This document shows, one piece after another, positions 23,794 to 36,283 of a DNA stretch of 64,000 nucleotides (position 1 is the stretch's first letter; each line of letters starts with the position of its first letter). The DNA comes from Curvularia clavata (lineage: Eukaryota): positions 1,984,001-2,048,000 of the forward strand of contig CP089281.1 of NCBI GenBank assembly GCA_023920165.1. Reading direction: 5' to 3'. Both the position numbers and the translations under genes were made by a program. A model generated the notes under the pieces. It did not search any database and was not told where the DNA came from. It saw only the letters and a program-made list of their open reading frames with translations.

Positions 23794-24831
23794 GCACAAA
23801 ATTATAATACATGTAATTATAGGACCAAAATATATTACTACATATATTATCCATAGTTAGATGCGTTGCTATAAAAAAAGTAAGTAGAAGATTATAAGAT
23901 AGAAAGGCTATAATACTATGTATGTAGGGGCGTGCTTGTGCCGCAATCTGCCTTTACCCGCCGCCCACAGTCAGCACCACTGCTGATCTTGAGACTTATT
24001 TAACACCTAGTAGAAAATGTGATCCTATACTAACTGCAATAGTATATACATAGTATGTTGTGTTTCTATTACTATCTACTCATATGGTCTGTATTCATGT
24101 AGAAAGACTAGTGTAAGGGCACAGCCTTGACAGTGCTACGACATCGGCGCACTGGTCGGCCACGGGGTACATGAAACCCGTGGACAGACTACTCAATCCC
24201 CCACTATACACCCACGGCATAGAAAAATTGTTAAGAAAAGCTCCTATAGAAACATATTTCCCACCTATATAAATATAGATAGCTAGGAGCCCCAGAGCGG
24301 TATAAGTTAATATTACTCTTTCCTCACTCATTGCTCGCTGCTATCAGACTTCTTACAACTAGATAAAGACCGCAAGTAGCACTAGACTGACGAGTAGGTA
24401 TGGGATACTGACCATAGGCCGAGGTACGGTATAGGGTTACCAGGAGGAGGGTTCGGGTAGAGCTGGGTTGCTTGGCGGGTGGGTTGGGGTAGGGTTGAAT
24501 TACTTAGTCATCAAGCCCAGCCCTACCTCTACCCATATCTTGGCAGCCTTACTCCACACCGACCATGGTCTATTTGCCAGTCTAGTCAATAGCTATGGAC
24601 TAATCAAACAAACGCGGCTACCAATGGGGCGAACCAATGCCACATGAGCACTAGTCACAAGCTCTACATGGTTACATAAGCATAGTGAGCAACTGCTAAC
24701 CAAAAGTGGCTGTCTCCTTAGTGAGAGCTCTACTCTCGACCCTTAGCATAAAGTGGAAATCTAATTCGCCAGACATCCAGTAAGCTGGTTATGGCAAGAC
24801 TTTACACCATCTTCTAAAGACACTCCTAATT

Positions 24832-25391
24832 CTATGACCAGTCCTTCTTGATATCATAAGACCAGTTGAACTGCAGATGGGTCTTCTTGTCATCGTCAAC
24901 AACTTCAGACAGAACCTTGTAGTGACCACGGTAAAGAGCGCCAGAGGGAGCTTCGTCAGATGCGACTAGAAGATAAGTTAGGAAAGTAAGATAGTAGTAT
25001 GGGATAACATATATACATGTCTTCTCATAAAATGGAGTCGTCTCAGTATTAGGGGGGAATGACCCCTATCATATTAGTTAGTATAGCTGCATCTGCATAA
25101 GAATTAGTAGAGTGAGTAAGGAAGACATACCATCATCTCCTCTGATTTGTCAACACCAACACCTTTGCGGGAAATTTTGTACACATATCTAAGACCAGAC
25201 AGAGTTTCATGCTGAACCTTGAACTGCATCTTTATACGATATTCAGTACCCTCTTTGATAGTAAAAGACTTTTGCTCAAGCTCCTCAACAGCACCCGGAG
25301 CACGTAAATCGATAACAACATCAGGGCGGCCTTCTACCTCAAGACCGAGGGAAAGGAGGATGCATCTGGGAGAATCACTGGGGTCGCCCAT
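24832..25391 (-). CDS. Rho GDP-dissociation inhibitor-like protein (Ig/E-set domain only, ~147 aa)
   Basis: Exons 25391-25131, 25065-25017 and 24965-24832. Motifs FTIKEG, LSGLRY, GSFPPN, EAPSG..RGHY, DDDKKTHLQFNWSYDIKKDW. Confidence 0.85.
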
Positions 25392-25630
25392 AGCTGGTGA
25401 TGCTGGTTAAAAGGATGTAGGATGCTTGGGTAGCTAGTGTTGGATGGCAGAAGAAAGTTGTAGAAAAGGAAGGTATTGGCAAGATGTTAATATATCAACG
25501 GAGGCAGAGAACTGCTATAGGTATATACCTTCTGATCTTTATTTCTTGCCGACTATCTAACAAAAGACAGCTAGTGGTTTTAAGTAAGTACTTAACCACT
25601 CGTAGTCAGCGATAAGAGTAGAAATCCTCT

Positions 25631-25798
25631 TGCTTTTCACTTATAACACGGGTCCCCACTAGAGCCGCAGGCTCTTTAGATCGACGTTGGGATGTCTAAA
25701 GAATGATTAGCGTTAAGAGTTGAAGTTTGTTGCTTATTACTTATAACACGGGCCCCCACCAGAGCCACAGGCTCTTTGAACTAACTTCAGGATATCTG
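25631..25798 (+). repeat. Degenerate direct repeat, two ~68-bp copies 100 bp apart
   Basis: ACTTATAACACGGG(T/C)CCCCAC(T/C)AGAGCC(G/A)CAGGCTCTTT occurs at ~25639 and ~25739. Confidence 0.75.
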
Positions 25799-26837
25799 TA
25801 ATAGGTGTTGAGAGAGCTAATATCACTCGTAGGTGTTACACTCCCAGCAGTAACAGTGTAGCGGCCAATGAGCTAATTTTACACTCTAGCTAAATAGCTA
25901 GCTTGGCTGTCTAGAAGTTCCAGGCTAGCGATTGATTTCAGAACCTAATACTTTCTCGCTGTCTTATATTTTAATCTCTTTTCTAAGTAGGGGGAAGTGC
26001 AGGAAGGAGCCTCCGGTATATTCACAGGCGTTGGATGTCGCAAAAGGGTTTGAACAGCAAGTGACGGCTACTCAAGGCCATACGGATGAAGAATTTGCCA
26101 AAGCGGAAAGAATCAGATGATGCCTGGAAGAGGATCTGGCTAGTCAGTCCATGTTGAAATGCAATACTATCTATCAACATATAGCGTATGTCTTGACATC
26201 CAGACTAAATGATGCAACGATACTACTCCACTATAGCTTGATACCATAGAGGATCTACCTATGGTGCTAGAAAATCTATACGATATAGATGAGACTGGAA
26301 CAATACGTTAGTAGAAGTTGAAGCTGATAGCTAGATTTAAAACGATACTAGAATTCAAGTATGTTTGATGAAGTTAGAGACTAGTACTATGTACCAGTTG
26401 GCGCAACGTATGAGTTCTGATCACTGAAAAGTTCCACTGGTGGAGAACCCATCTCGTCTGATGAGGACTGACTTGATCTCATCTGATAAGATTAATCTGA
26501 TCACGACTAAGATTACGTGATGTCATCTACGCAGTGATCTAAATTAGGACTAGTCTGACAGTATATGTATATATATTTTCATCACGTAACTGATGAAAAG
26601 CTTCAGCGAACTGTTGGATGAGTTTCTCGATACAATATCTTTTGTTCGAGTTTTCCCAGCTCCCACACTAGTCTACTATATCCAGACTATTCTTGATAAC
26701 TATACTAATAGTGTAGTGTCTTGCATCATCATATAGTTATAACTACAGAATTTCTTATTGAGTTCTGGTAGGAACTGCTTGTTCTGTTATATGTTATACG
26801 GTATTAGAGATTGTATAATTCAGCAATACTTTGTATC

Positions 26838-28470
26838 TTAAGAGGTATCTAGACCTAGCCCTAAAGCTACTACACTATCGCCCTGAAGCTGCTTCAAATC
26901 TATACGAATAGTTCGAATCAAATCGAACACCTTTTCTTCCTGCAGATGACAAGGATTTGCCTGTTCCGGAAGCTGAGGCTGCTGCCGAAATGTACAACGA
27001 TCCCAAGGAGCCTTCATCAACTGGTCAAACTGCTGTGGTCTGCCGCTGCTAGCCTCGGTGTTAGGCGCAAGACACGCTCGCATGGAGTCTAACAAGCTCT
27101 CTATTAGCTCCATAATGACCCTCAACCGTATAAGCGGATACTCCAACGCGTTGGAACCAATAGAAAGCCTGAGGACCGGCACTGAGCGAGCATGCGATGA
27201 GAAACCCGTAGCTAGCGCCGCCTTTATGGCAGTCAGGATCTTGGTGCATGTCTCCAAGATTCGGATGTAGCAAGACAACATCATCAGGACCGAACCGTGA
27301 TCAGCCGCTATGGACAACGACGCGGCGTCGGATCCGAAGCCGTTCGAAGCCGAAGTGCTCGTGGAAGAGCCATCGATGCTGCTGGATGAGCTAGGCGTGC
27401 GACTGGCCACCGTCCTGTGTCGCAGAAGCCCAACGAACTGGAGAAACAGCCCCAGTGCATCATCGAGCATCGCGCTGCTGGCATACAAAGACTGTGCTCC
27501 TTGGTCGGGAACGCAAGCGTGCTCTCTCATCGACTTTGCATGGCTGAACAGTTTCACGTTGAGCTCTGCAAGTGTAGAGAGCCACTGTCCATTTTCGATT
27601 GACTCACCCGTCGTTTCGGCGAGGAGCCCCAGGTTGGGCTGGGGCGGCGTAGCCGCCACTAGTGGCGGTTGCCCATCGCCAATAGTAGTTTCAGTGCCAT
27701 AGCATTCACCAATGCCTAAATCGCATAGCGGATTTGAAATCATACCCTTCCGGAAGAGCGTGGTTGCTGGATTCGAAGCCTTTGTTCTCTCTGGACTGGC
27801 TAGGTCGAAGTCTGAGAAATTGACGGAGTCCATGTCCAGATCCAAATTGATTGAAGTGTCTGATCTGGACCAAAAGTTGAAAAGCGATGTCGACTGCAAC
27901 TGTGGTGTATGTAGGCTGTCGGAGTTTGTATTAGAAGAGATCAAAAGGTTTGCTATCTCAGTATTGCTGGCCCAACTCGTCGTGTCAGGTAGGGGTTGAA
28001 TTTGGACTTCGTGTGGTGCACCCAGAGAGAGGATAGCATCAACACCGCTGTCTTTGTCTATGCAAGTATTTATAAGCTTTGAAATTGCGTAAAAATATAG
28101 TTTTGTGCTCGACCACTCACCAACATCTTGATCGTCGTCCGAGAAAGCTCGAACTCTTTGAGTATTTGACATGTTTCGCCTTCGAGCTGGATTTTGCCTG
28201 CCTCCCTGTCCTCCGAAAGACTTGGGATCCCCTGAATCTCGACGTCTAGTGTTTCGTAATGAAACACTCGTTTTGCACGGTTTGTTTGCCCTGATGCACC
28301 TTGCGCAGCTCTCGCTCCCGTCTCGTTGACATGACAACTTTTGGCCATGGCATCGATCGCAGGCTCGCCTTAAGTGCGGTTCTATGGTGCACCACCACTC
28401 GTGTTAGCCCAAATCCTTTTGCATCAGGAGCAGACAAAAGCCAGCCTGGGCAGGGAGACAAACCGCCCAT
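26838..28470 (-). CDS. Zn(II)2Cys6 transcription factor, probable regulator of the PKS-NRPS cluster
   Basis: Removing intron 28463-28382 gives [39 protein letters not shown] second, in-frame 63-nt intron is probable at 28120-28058. Confidence 0.88.
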
Positions 28471-29260
28471 TTCACCAACAGTGGTCGTTGTGAAAACTAA
28501 TCAGCGCCGCTGTTGAAGCGTGTTACCAATAGCCAAGACAATTCCAAGACTGAAAGCTTTGCTTAGCAGTGCTTGGTAGTAAGAGGGGCTCTTGGTACTT
28601 TATGACTGGGTCGTAAATGCGATCCTCTAGCACGGATAAGATGGCGACATCCGTTTTGACAAGCTGACGACCACCCGCAGGCGATACGCACCGCCTCTAT
28701 GCATAATACATCCGAGTAATAGACCTCAAACCGGGCAGCATTCTGGCGCCATTGCTCATGTAACGCGCAGCTCATCCTCTAGTAGCGATCCCTGTGTCTA
28801 CCTACGGCCACAGTTCCACCCATCAAAACAGTCCAATTCCGCCACTCACCAAGGCACTATATACAGTGCTGGAGGCCTTTGGCTACACTAACCTAAGACA
28901 CTGCACGTTCGGCCTCCGACGCAAGCGAACGGATTTACAGACGGTACGGCTTCAGCCAAGCGTGGGGTGGAGACAATCCTACGCCACTGACGCGGAAGGA
29001 ACCTCCACGGAGCCTATCAGCGATTCTGGAGCGGCTATACCAGTTGTTGCGGATACCGCTGTGTGCGAATACTCGACGACAGGAACTAGGATTTGAGAAA
29101 GCTTCTCGCAAAAGTAGTTGCGTCAGGGTATGTGACCAGGTCTTCAGTAGCGAGACTGGTAACAGTCCTAGATGTCGACGAGGGGAGGCCATGTGGGATG
29201 GCTATGCAGGGCAAATCCTTTTGGGCCAGCCATGCTCGGCAGCTGGAGCCAACTCGCGTC

Positions 29261-29603
29261 CGCATGGAAAATGTTAACGGGCCTACCAACAACAATGAAA
29301 TGACCTACCAACAGACATGGGTCCCTGTCTAGCGCGCTTGGCAGAAAAATCGGCAGTAATATTCGTATCTTACAATTGTATGAGCGTGCGCTAGTAACTA
29401 CCAGATTTCTAGACAGCAAGTATGCAAGTCCGAAGCTGGTAGTACTAGACCATCAAAAAAAAACCCCCCAGTCCATCGCGCCAAGACATAAAATTACAGT
29501 ATTGACCCCATATAGTTTAGATGTTCAGGCCCTGATGCGGACCCATGTCTGTTGGTAGGCTGTTTGCCTTGTTGTTGGTAGGTCCGATAACATTTTCCAT
29601 GCG
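29261..29603. mobile_element. MITE-like foldback element with ~64-bp imperfect terminal inverted repeats
   Basis: 29261-29324 (CGCATGGAAAATGTT...CCTACCAACAGACATGGGTCC) is close to the reverse complement of 29539-29603. No target-site duplication was identified. Confidence 0.65.
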
Positions 29604-30239
29604 CATCTGCGAAGAAAATACCAGTGCCTATTGGCCGAGCAGTTCGTTGGATAAAAGCCAACCAGCGCGCCTAACATCCATTTTGGCCCCAGGTTTATGT
29701 GGCGCAGGGCCTTAAATACAGCGGGACATAATCTAGAGAGCGCTAATCTATCTAAATAGGAAGGTAGCTAAGAGTAACCTTACCTCAGAGCGAGATAGTG
29801 CCTGCAGTCACGCTGTGCAGAGTTAGAAGCTTACTCTAAGACCCCTGCATGCTATGGTAGCAATGGTGTTGGGACCTTGTCCGAAATACCAGCGCCTGAT
29901 TACGGGGGGTTATTAAGAGGTGTTGGGCTTTCGGTTGACCGGAAAAATCGGATAAACACCGAGACTACCATGCATAATGCAAAGCAGTTAAAAAAAAACA
30001 GCAAAAACAACCTTTGTGCATAGTTGAAAGTCTTAGGTTCTGTACTGATGTTTCAAAGCTCCGCTTTGATAGACATCTACGTCTTTTTAGACTGGCAATG
30101 GATGGTTATCCACTGTTTAGCTAATTCTATTGCGATAGGGTTAAGGTAAGGTACTTCCTCATCATGGCACAGTGGTAGTGACGGTTAAAGCTTTACGGTT
30201 AGAATATGGTCAAGATCATTCCGGAGAGATGTCGCTAAT

Positions 30240-32029
30240 CTAGGACTTAGAAGACGAGGACCCTTGCTTGTCTGCTAGATCGCCGCTCTTTGCCTCCACG
30301 TCCACCTTTTTTGCCTTCTCCTTCAACTTGTGATCCGACGTGACTGTTGTGCGCAGTTTGATCTCCTTTTCGGGGAATACTAGTAAGAAACCTAACACGT
30401 TGAATGCCAAACAAACCTCCCACACGACCCTGAGCGCACCTTGATACGCGTTTACAACCTCGTTCTGCAAATCCAGCGGAAGGGACTTGATGAATGTTGC
30501 AGATACGTGGGTATAGGCATCCCCGCCTGAGAGGAAGCTGCGGACCCTTGGGTCCGAAATAGAGCCCACCCTCGCGTTCATCTGGTTGTTGAAGATCGCA
30601 GCAGGGATGGCAATGCCCCATACGTTTCCCAGAGCGCGCATGAATGCCCAGGTCGAGGTAGCTGCTACCACATCTTTGGGGGGATTGGCGGCCTGCACCG
30701 AGGGAAGCATTGTGGTCAGCAAACAACCACCGCCAATGCCTGCGATAATCTGGTAGATGACGATCTTAGCTAATGACGACTTCGCATCAAAATTAATGTA
30801 GAGTCCAGATGCGAGCGTGGCGACTGCGAAGCCGAAAATGTGGATCGGCTTATATTTTCCATATTTCGCCAGGACCTGCCCAGAGACGATCGCGGCCGGC
30901 ACACCTACAAGGATGGTAGGGAGTAACAGAACACCGGATCTGGATATGGATACCAGCAACACGGCCTGGAAGTATACAGGCAGGAAGTAGACCCGCCACA
31001 TGGTCAGCATCGACTGTATGAAGGTGCAGATCAGGCCGAGGGCGCTGGTGCGATTTAAAAACATGCGCGGAGGAATCGTGGGTTGGACGCAGAACTTGGA
31101 CGACTCGTAGACGAAGAACAAAGCTGTTCCTACGAAACCCAGGACAAGGGGTACAATGATCTGATACTCGCTCCATGCGTAGCGAGTGTTCGCCCAGGAA
31201 AGAGCAATCAGAATTGAGACAACCGAGGTGACGAGAACCGAGTTTCCAATCCAGTCAATCTGGCGCACCTTTTCCTTGAATGTAAGACGCTTTACGAAGA
31301 CGATTTGGAGGAAGAAGAACTGCATCAGGAGTGTCACGCCGCCAACTGGTAGGTTGATCCAAAAAGCCCACTTCCAATTGGAGTACTGTGCAATTGCGCC
31401 TCCAACGGGAGGTCCAACAGCTGTCCCGAGCCCGAAAACAGCGTATATGACCCCAATATATTTGCCCCTCTCACGTAACGATACGAGATCGCTGATGATG
31501 AGTTGTGTCATGGCCGTGATGCCCGCGCCGCCAAGACCTTGGACAAGACGTCCCGCAATGAGCATGGCAGTGGATGTTGCTCCACCACTGATTCCCGATC
31601 CAAGAACAAAGATAGCGACAGCGGTTATTGTGGGCCATCGCCTGCCCAAGACCTGGGAGAGTTGACCCCAAAGGGGGAGAAACGCAGTCCTGTGACGAGT
31701 CAGTCCGATTTCTCAACATTTGGTATCATGACGACTGAAAATCACACTTACGAAGTTAGAAGGTAGCCGTTGATGATCCAGACATAGTTGTCTCCGGATT
31801 TAAGGTCAGACGTAATCAGCGGGAGTGCCGATGACGTGACTGTCGAGTCGAGCCCCACAAGAAAGGTGGCGATAGAGAGCGGAGGAAATATCGCCCAGAA
31901 CCTCCATCCCTTGGCAGCCGGCTGGGCGATCTGAGGCGGGAAGGGCGGGCCGTTCCCTGCCGGTTTGGCAGCGCTGTTCGTGGCGCTTGGCGCCTCTGCC
32001 TTGGCCACGCCAGCTATTGGTTGCGACAT
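30240..32029 (-). CDS. MFS drug:H+ antiporter (DHA2/14-TM type), probable cluster exporter
   Basis: Exon 1 (32029-31752) has LDSTVTSSALP and intron 31751-31690 follows. Exon 2 has GRLVQGLGG, GPPVGG and WAFWINLP. Confidence 0.92.
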
Positions 32030-32621
32030 GAGGAGCTGAGGGCTTTTGACGGGGTAAAAGGTGATGGTGCAGAGTGGTAGTAGCAGCTTGTTGCGGGTTA
32101 AGAAAACGCAGAAGGGAGCATTGTCGAATGGGAGCTTCAAATTTTTGGGGACAATCCGGCTGGCAAGAGCACTTTACTACAATATCTTCACCCTGTCGTA
32201 CTGCTATGACTATACCCAGAATAGAAAATGCCTCGGCTGGCTGTTTATGCTCGTATTCACTCGGCGGGAATAATGGGCTAACTCCGCTAACCCCAGACAT
32301 TGAGGGAATCGGCAGTACATCACACCGGTTTCCTAACATCTTACCGGGGAATGCATGCAGCATGCAACGTGCCACAGGCGGGGAATCTCAGAAGTTTACG
32401 GAAATCGTCAGGACTGCACGAAGAAATGACCGAAACTTGCGCCACCGGCACCGAATCACTGCCAACACCGAATTCAACGCCGATACATCACCATCACGTG
32501 CACAAAGTCGGCGGCCATGAGGTAGACATCAGTGATAGAAACGAGGTCATTTCTCGTTACGGCTGATCACTGCACGGGTAGCCGCAGTTTTTTCAAGTCC
32601 AGCATCTGACAGTAAATCAAA

Positions 32622-34203
32622 ATGCAGTCTGATCAGTTTGACATGTTGTCTTCCCCCAGAGCTGTTGCGCTGGGCGCAGGCCTATGTTTTCTCCTCTATT
32701 ACGTGCTTTGGGCCATCTACGTGCTCTATTTCCATCCTTTGGCACGCTACCCAGGCCCAAAGTCATGGCTTTTCTCACGAGTCGCGTACTCGCGCGGTTT
32801 ACGCCAGGGTACCCTCATCCATAAGCTTCGACAGCTACACGACACATACGGCCCGGTTGTTCGCTATGGAGTAAATGAACTTTCGTACACCGATGCTCGC
32901 GCGTGGAAGGATGTTTATGGTTTCCACGGCGGACCAGACAAGAATTTCGACCGTGATCCCCGATTCTACCAGCCAGCGCCAAATGGTATTCCGAGCATCT
33001 TGTCAGCCAGAAACGAGCATCATGCTTCGATTAGGAGGCTTCTAGCCCCTGCATTTTCCGACACCGCACTAAAGCAACAAGAATCCATTGTGCGCGGCTA
33101 CGTTGACCTCTTAATGAGAAAGCTGCTGAAGCGAGCCAACGGGCCTCCGGTCAACATTGGCAACTACTTCCAATTCACTACATTCGATATAGCTGGCGAT
33201 CTCATGTATGGCGAGAGCTTTGGATGCTTAGAGCGGGAGGAGTACCATACATGGCTCAAGGTCATGACGGCGTTCTTCAAGCGATTGATGATTGGAGCTT
33301 CACTAGTATCACTGGTTCCTGCCATACGCCCCTTGCTCCCTTACATCATTCCGAAACGCGTCCAAGAGCAAACACGCCAGCGGTTTGCTTTCACAGTGGA
33401 GAAGGTCGGGCAGCGACTTGCTATGGGTGAATCTACCAATCGTGCCGACTTTATGACGTATATGGTTCGGACGCATAGCAAAAGCGGTTTTGCAATGGCG
33501 CGCGGAGAGCTTGATGCGACGTTCGATGTCCTAGTCAGTGCTGGTGCCGAAACCACTGCCACGGCTTTGACTGGTACCGTCCAATATTTGCTGCGCAATC
33601 CGGCCAAGCTGCACCGACTTCAAGACGAAATTCGAAGCCGGTTCGCGAGTCCTGAAGAAATCACAGTCGCGAGCGTGACAAATCTTCTGTACCTTACAGC
33701 AGTACTGAACGAGGGTATGCGACTCTGTCCGCCTGCGCCCTCAATGCGACCTCGAGTTGTACCAAGAGGAGGCGCATTGGTGTGCGGCAAGTGGCTTCCA
33801 GAAGGGGTGTGTAATTGACGCTTGATTGATCTCCATCGTGTAGAGTGTATTCGCTGACTAAGAACAGATCTCTGTAGGAATACCGCCATGGTCCACATTC
33901 AGGTCTGCAGAAAATTTCGCACAGCCAGACGACTTCATCCCAGAGCGATGGCTTCGGCCAGAAGAGGGTGGACTAGAGATGAAACCTCACGATGCAAGCG
34001 CATTTCTGCCCTTTTCGTACGGCCCCCGCGATTGTCTTGGTCGCTCGCTGGGTTGGGCAGAGATGCGTCTGATCTTGACAATGGTGATTTGGCATTTCGA
34101 TCTCGAGAATAGGAGTGTTGAGAATACGTGGGAGAACCAAAAGGTCTTTGTGATGTGGGATATGGTGCCGATGATGGTGGCTTTGCGACCAGTTAAGAGA
34201 TGA
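32622..34203 (+). CDS. Cytochrome P450 monooxygenase (Tri11/CYP65-like)
   Basis: N-terminal TM, HPLARYPGP, AGAETT and EGMR. After intron 33807-33867 come FIPERW and the heme motif PFSYGPRDCLG. Confidence 0.93.
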
Positions 34204-34767
34204 GGTGCATACACCGCGGAGTGATATGTGTAGCAACTATATGCAGTAGTATAGCTGATAGCAGAGTTTATGGAAGTAAATGAATACAAAATATCATTTT
34301 AGTGGTCCTTTTTTACTTTTTTGGTTTCTGTTTCCGGAGGAGGGCACTGTGGTTCAAATTACCTTGATTTAGGATTTTCTTTCCTTGTATTAGATGATCT
34401 TTTGAACGCCCTCTTCTTTTGATATTCCTCACTTTCTTCTGAGAGACTTTCTCATCTTGTTTTGAGAATATTCTTTCCATTATTCTCCATAAAATAAGGA
34501 AATTGAACCATAGTAACCTCTGTGACTATGCAATCACGGTTCCTATAATAGTTCCACTGTTGTTCAGATGCTTACTCATGATCCACTACACCAATACCGA
34601 GGTACGTGATCGCACCAACTTTCTTCAAGCTCTGCGGTAGGTATTGAAAGCCTTCTGCGATGCACCTATGAATGCGTACAAATAGTAAATAGAAGTACTC
34701 TTGATTGCTATCTGGACATGCTCAGGCTGGTCGCGCAAGCAAACTATATCCTTGATCGAACGGACAG

Positions 34768-35420
34768 TCACTTTGACTCTTCTTCGTTGTCGCGCATAGC
34801 ATACTTGGCACCCTCCGCTGGTCGTGCCGGGAAGGCCGTCGATAGATCGTTCATTTCAGACCAAGGTGGATAGGTTGACTTCCCGTTCTCATCGATATTG
34901 ACGACAGTGTGATTATCAACGTACTTCTCTACCCAACCTAGTGTAACTACAGTGTGAACCAGATTCACGTATGGAGCCTCAGTCGCTTGGAGCGCCTGGA
35001 ACTCAGGATCAGAGTTGACTTTATTGAGCTCGGCGAAATTGCGAAAGTAGAACTCGACCGTCACGTCGTGGTCCTGTGTGCGTTAGTCTGAGGTCGACTC
35101 TTCGGGTGAGAAATGTGCGACTTACGTCGATGGTCCAGCCACGGTTATTGCGACGGTTCATGTCGTCCAACGCAGCGCGATACCCGACGGGCGTGTAAAC
35201 CTGCGGGAGAGTGAGCTGGGTCTATCATAACTATCCAGTTTCATAGCAGTCGCCCGCATACCTGCTGGTACATCTCGATGCCGTTTTTGGCATGAAGTGC
35301 TGCTACCTTGGCCAGGTATTCACGAGCAAACTTCTCCCTATCCTCGGTGGTGCTGCTGTTCTGGTTGCGATAGATTTGGAGAGTAAGGCGTAGCAGACGA
35401 CCCGGTGCGGATGACGACAT
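34768..35420 (-). CDS. Small EthD-like (dimeric alpha+beta barrel) protein, ~179 aa
   Basis: Exons 35420-35262, 35200-35126 and 35073-34768 join in frame: YQQVYTP...GWTIDDHDVTVEFYFRNFAEL...DPEF. Family assigned by motif resemblance only. Confidence 0.7.
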
Positions 35421-36283
35421 GGCGAATGCTGGCAATGCAAGTAATGCAGTAAGAGTTGCGGTCTGAAGTCAGGTCTATGTGAGCAAGTGCTAGTCACGGA
35501 TCGAGCAATATAACCTTTAGGAAGCGCATCGTTGGCAGACGCATAGCCTCGGTAGCTACCACCGAGACTTTGGGTAGTGGGAGAGCAAATGGCACAGTGC
35601 AGGATCCTTTCTTGCAAAACACCAATCAATTGAGACGAACACGTAAAGCCAGGCACACTGGCAGTATAAATCCGTTAACTCCACTCCTTCGAGCTGTGCC
35701 GTATGAGATCGCCGAAGTTGATTTCGGTCAAGGCCGCACCCAGTAACTTGGGAACCAACCACCGATACGAAAACAGGGTCGGCGATGGATTTACCCAGTT
35801 AATCTGCCGCTTGTGCTCTCCAATGAGATATATTAGCCGCCTCCGAACATTTGAACCCGAATGCCGAAGCCTGCGTTACGCGAGGGATGTGCGAAATGGA
35901 AAAACGGCTCACGGAGTCAGACATTCTAGCTTTCTCGCCCCCATGAGTGCAGTTGCTTGATGGCTCTAGTACGATCACGGGACTCTGGCTCAGACGTGGG
36001 TCGAACCCTTTATGGGAATTAAGGGCTCTGAGGATGCAGCTTTGGTAGCTTCCACAGGGTATCGAATGAACGCTCATGTTCCTTAAGACCAAAAAAGTTG
36101 AGTGCACTCATTCTTAACTGCGCCTTCCGGGACTGGCCCTTAGCACTGAGGCTGGCTCACGTGCACGCGTGGTGCTTACTTTGCATGCTGACTGGCGATC
36201 TTGATAGTGTACACAGCAGTGCCAACTATCGTACTGGGGCAAGGATCCTAAATAAACTCTTTGATTCTACATATTTCACCTAA

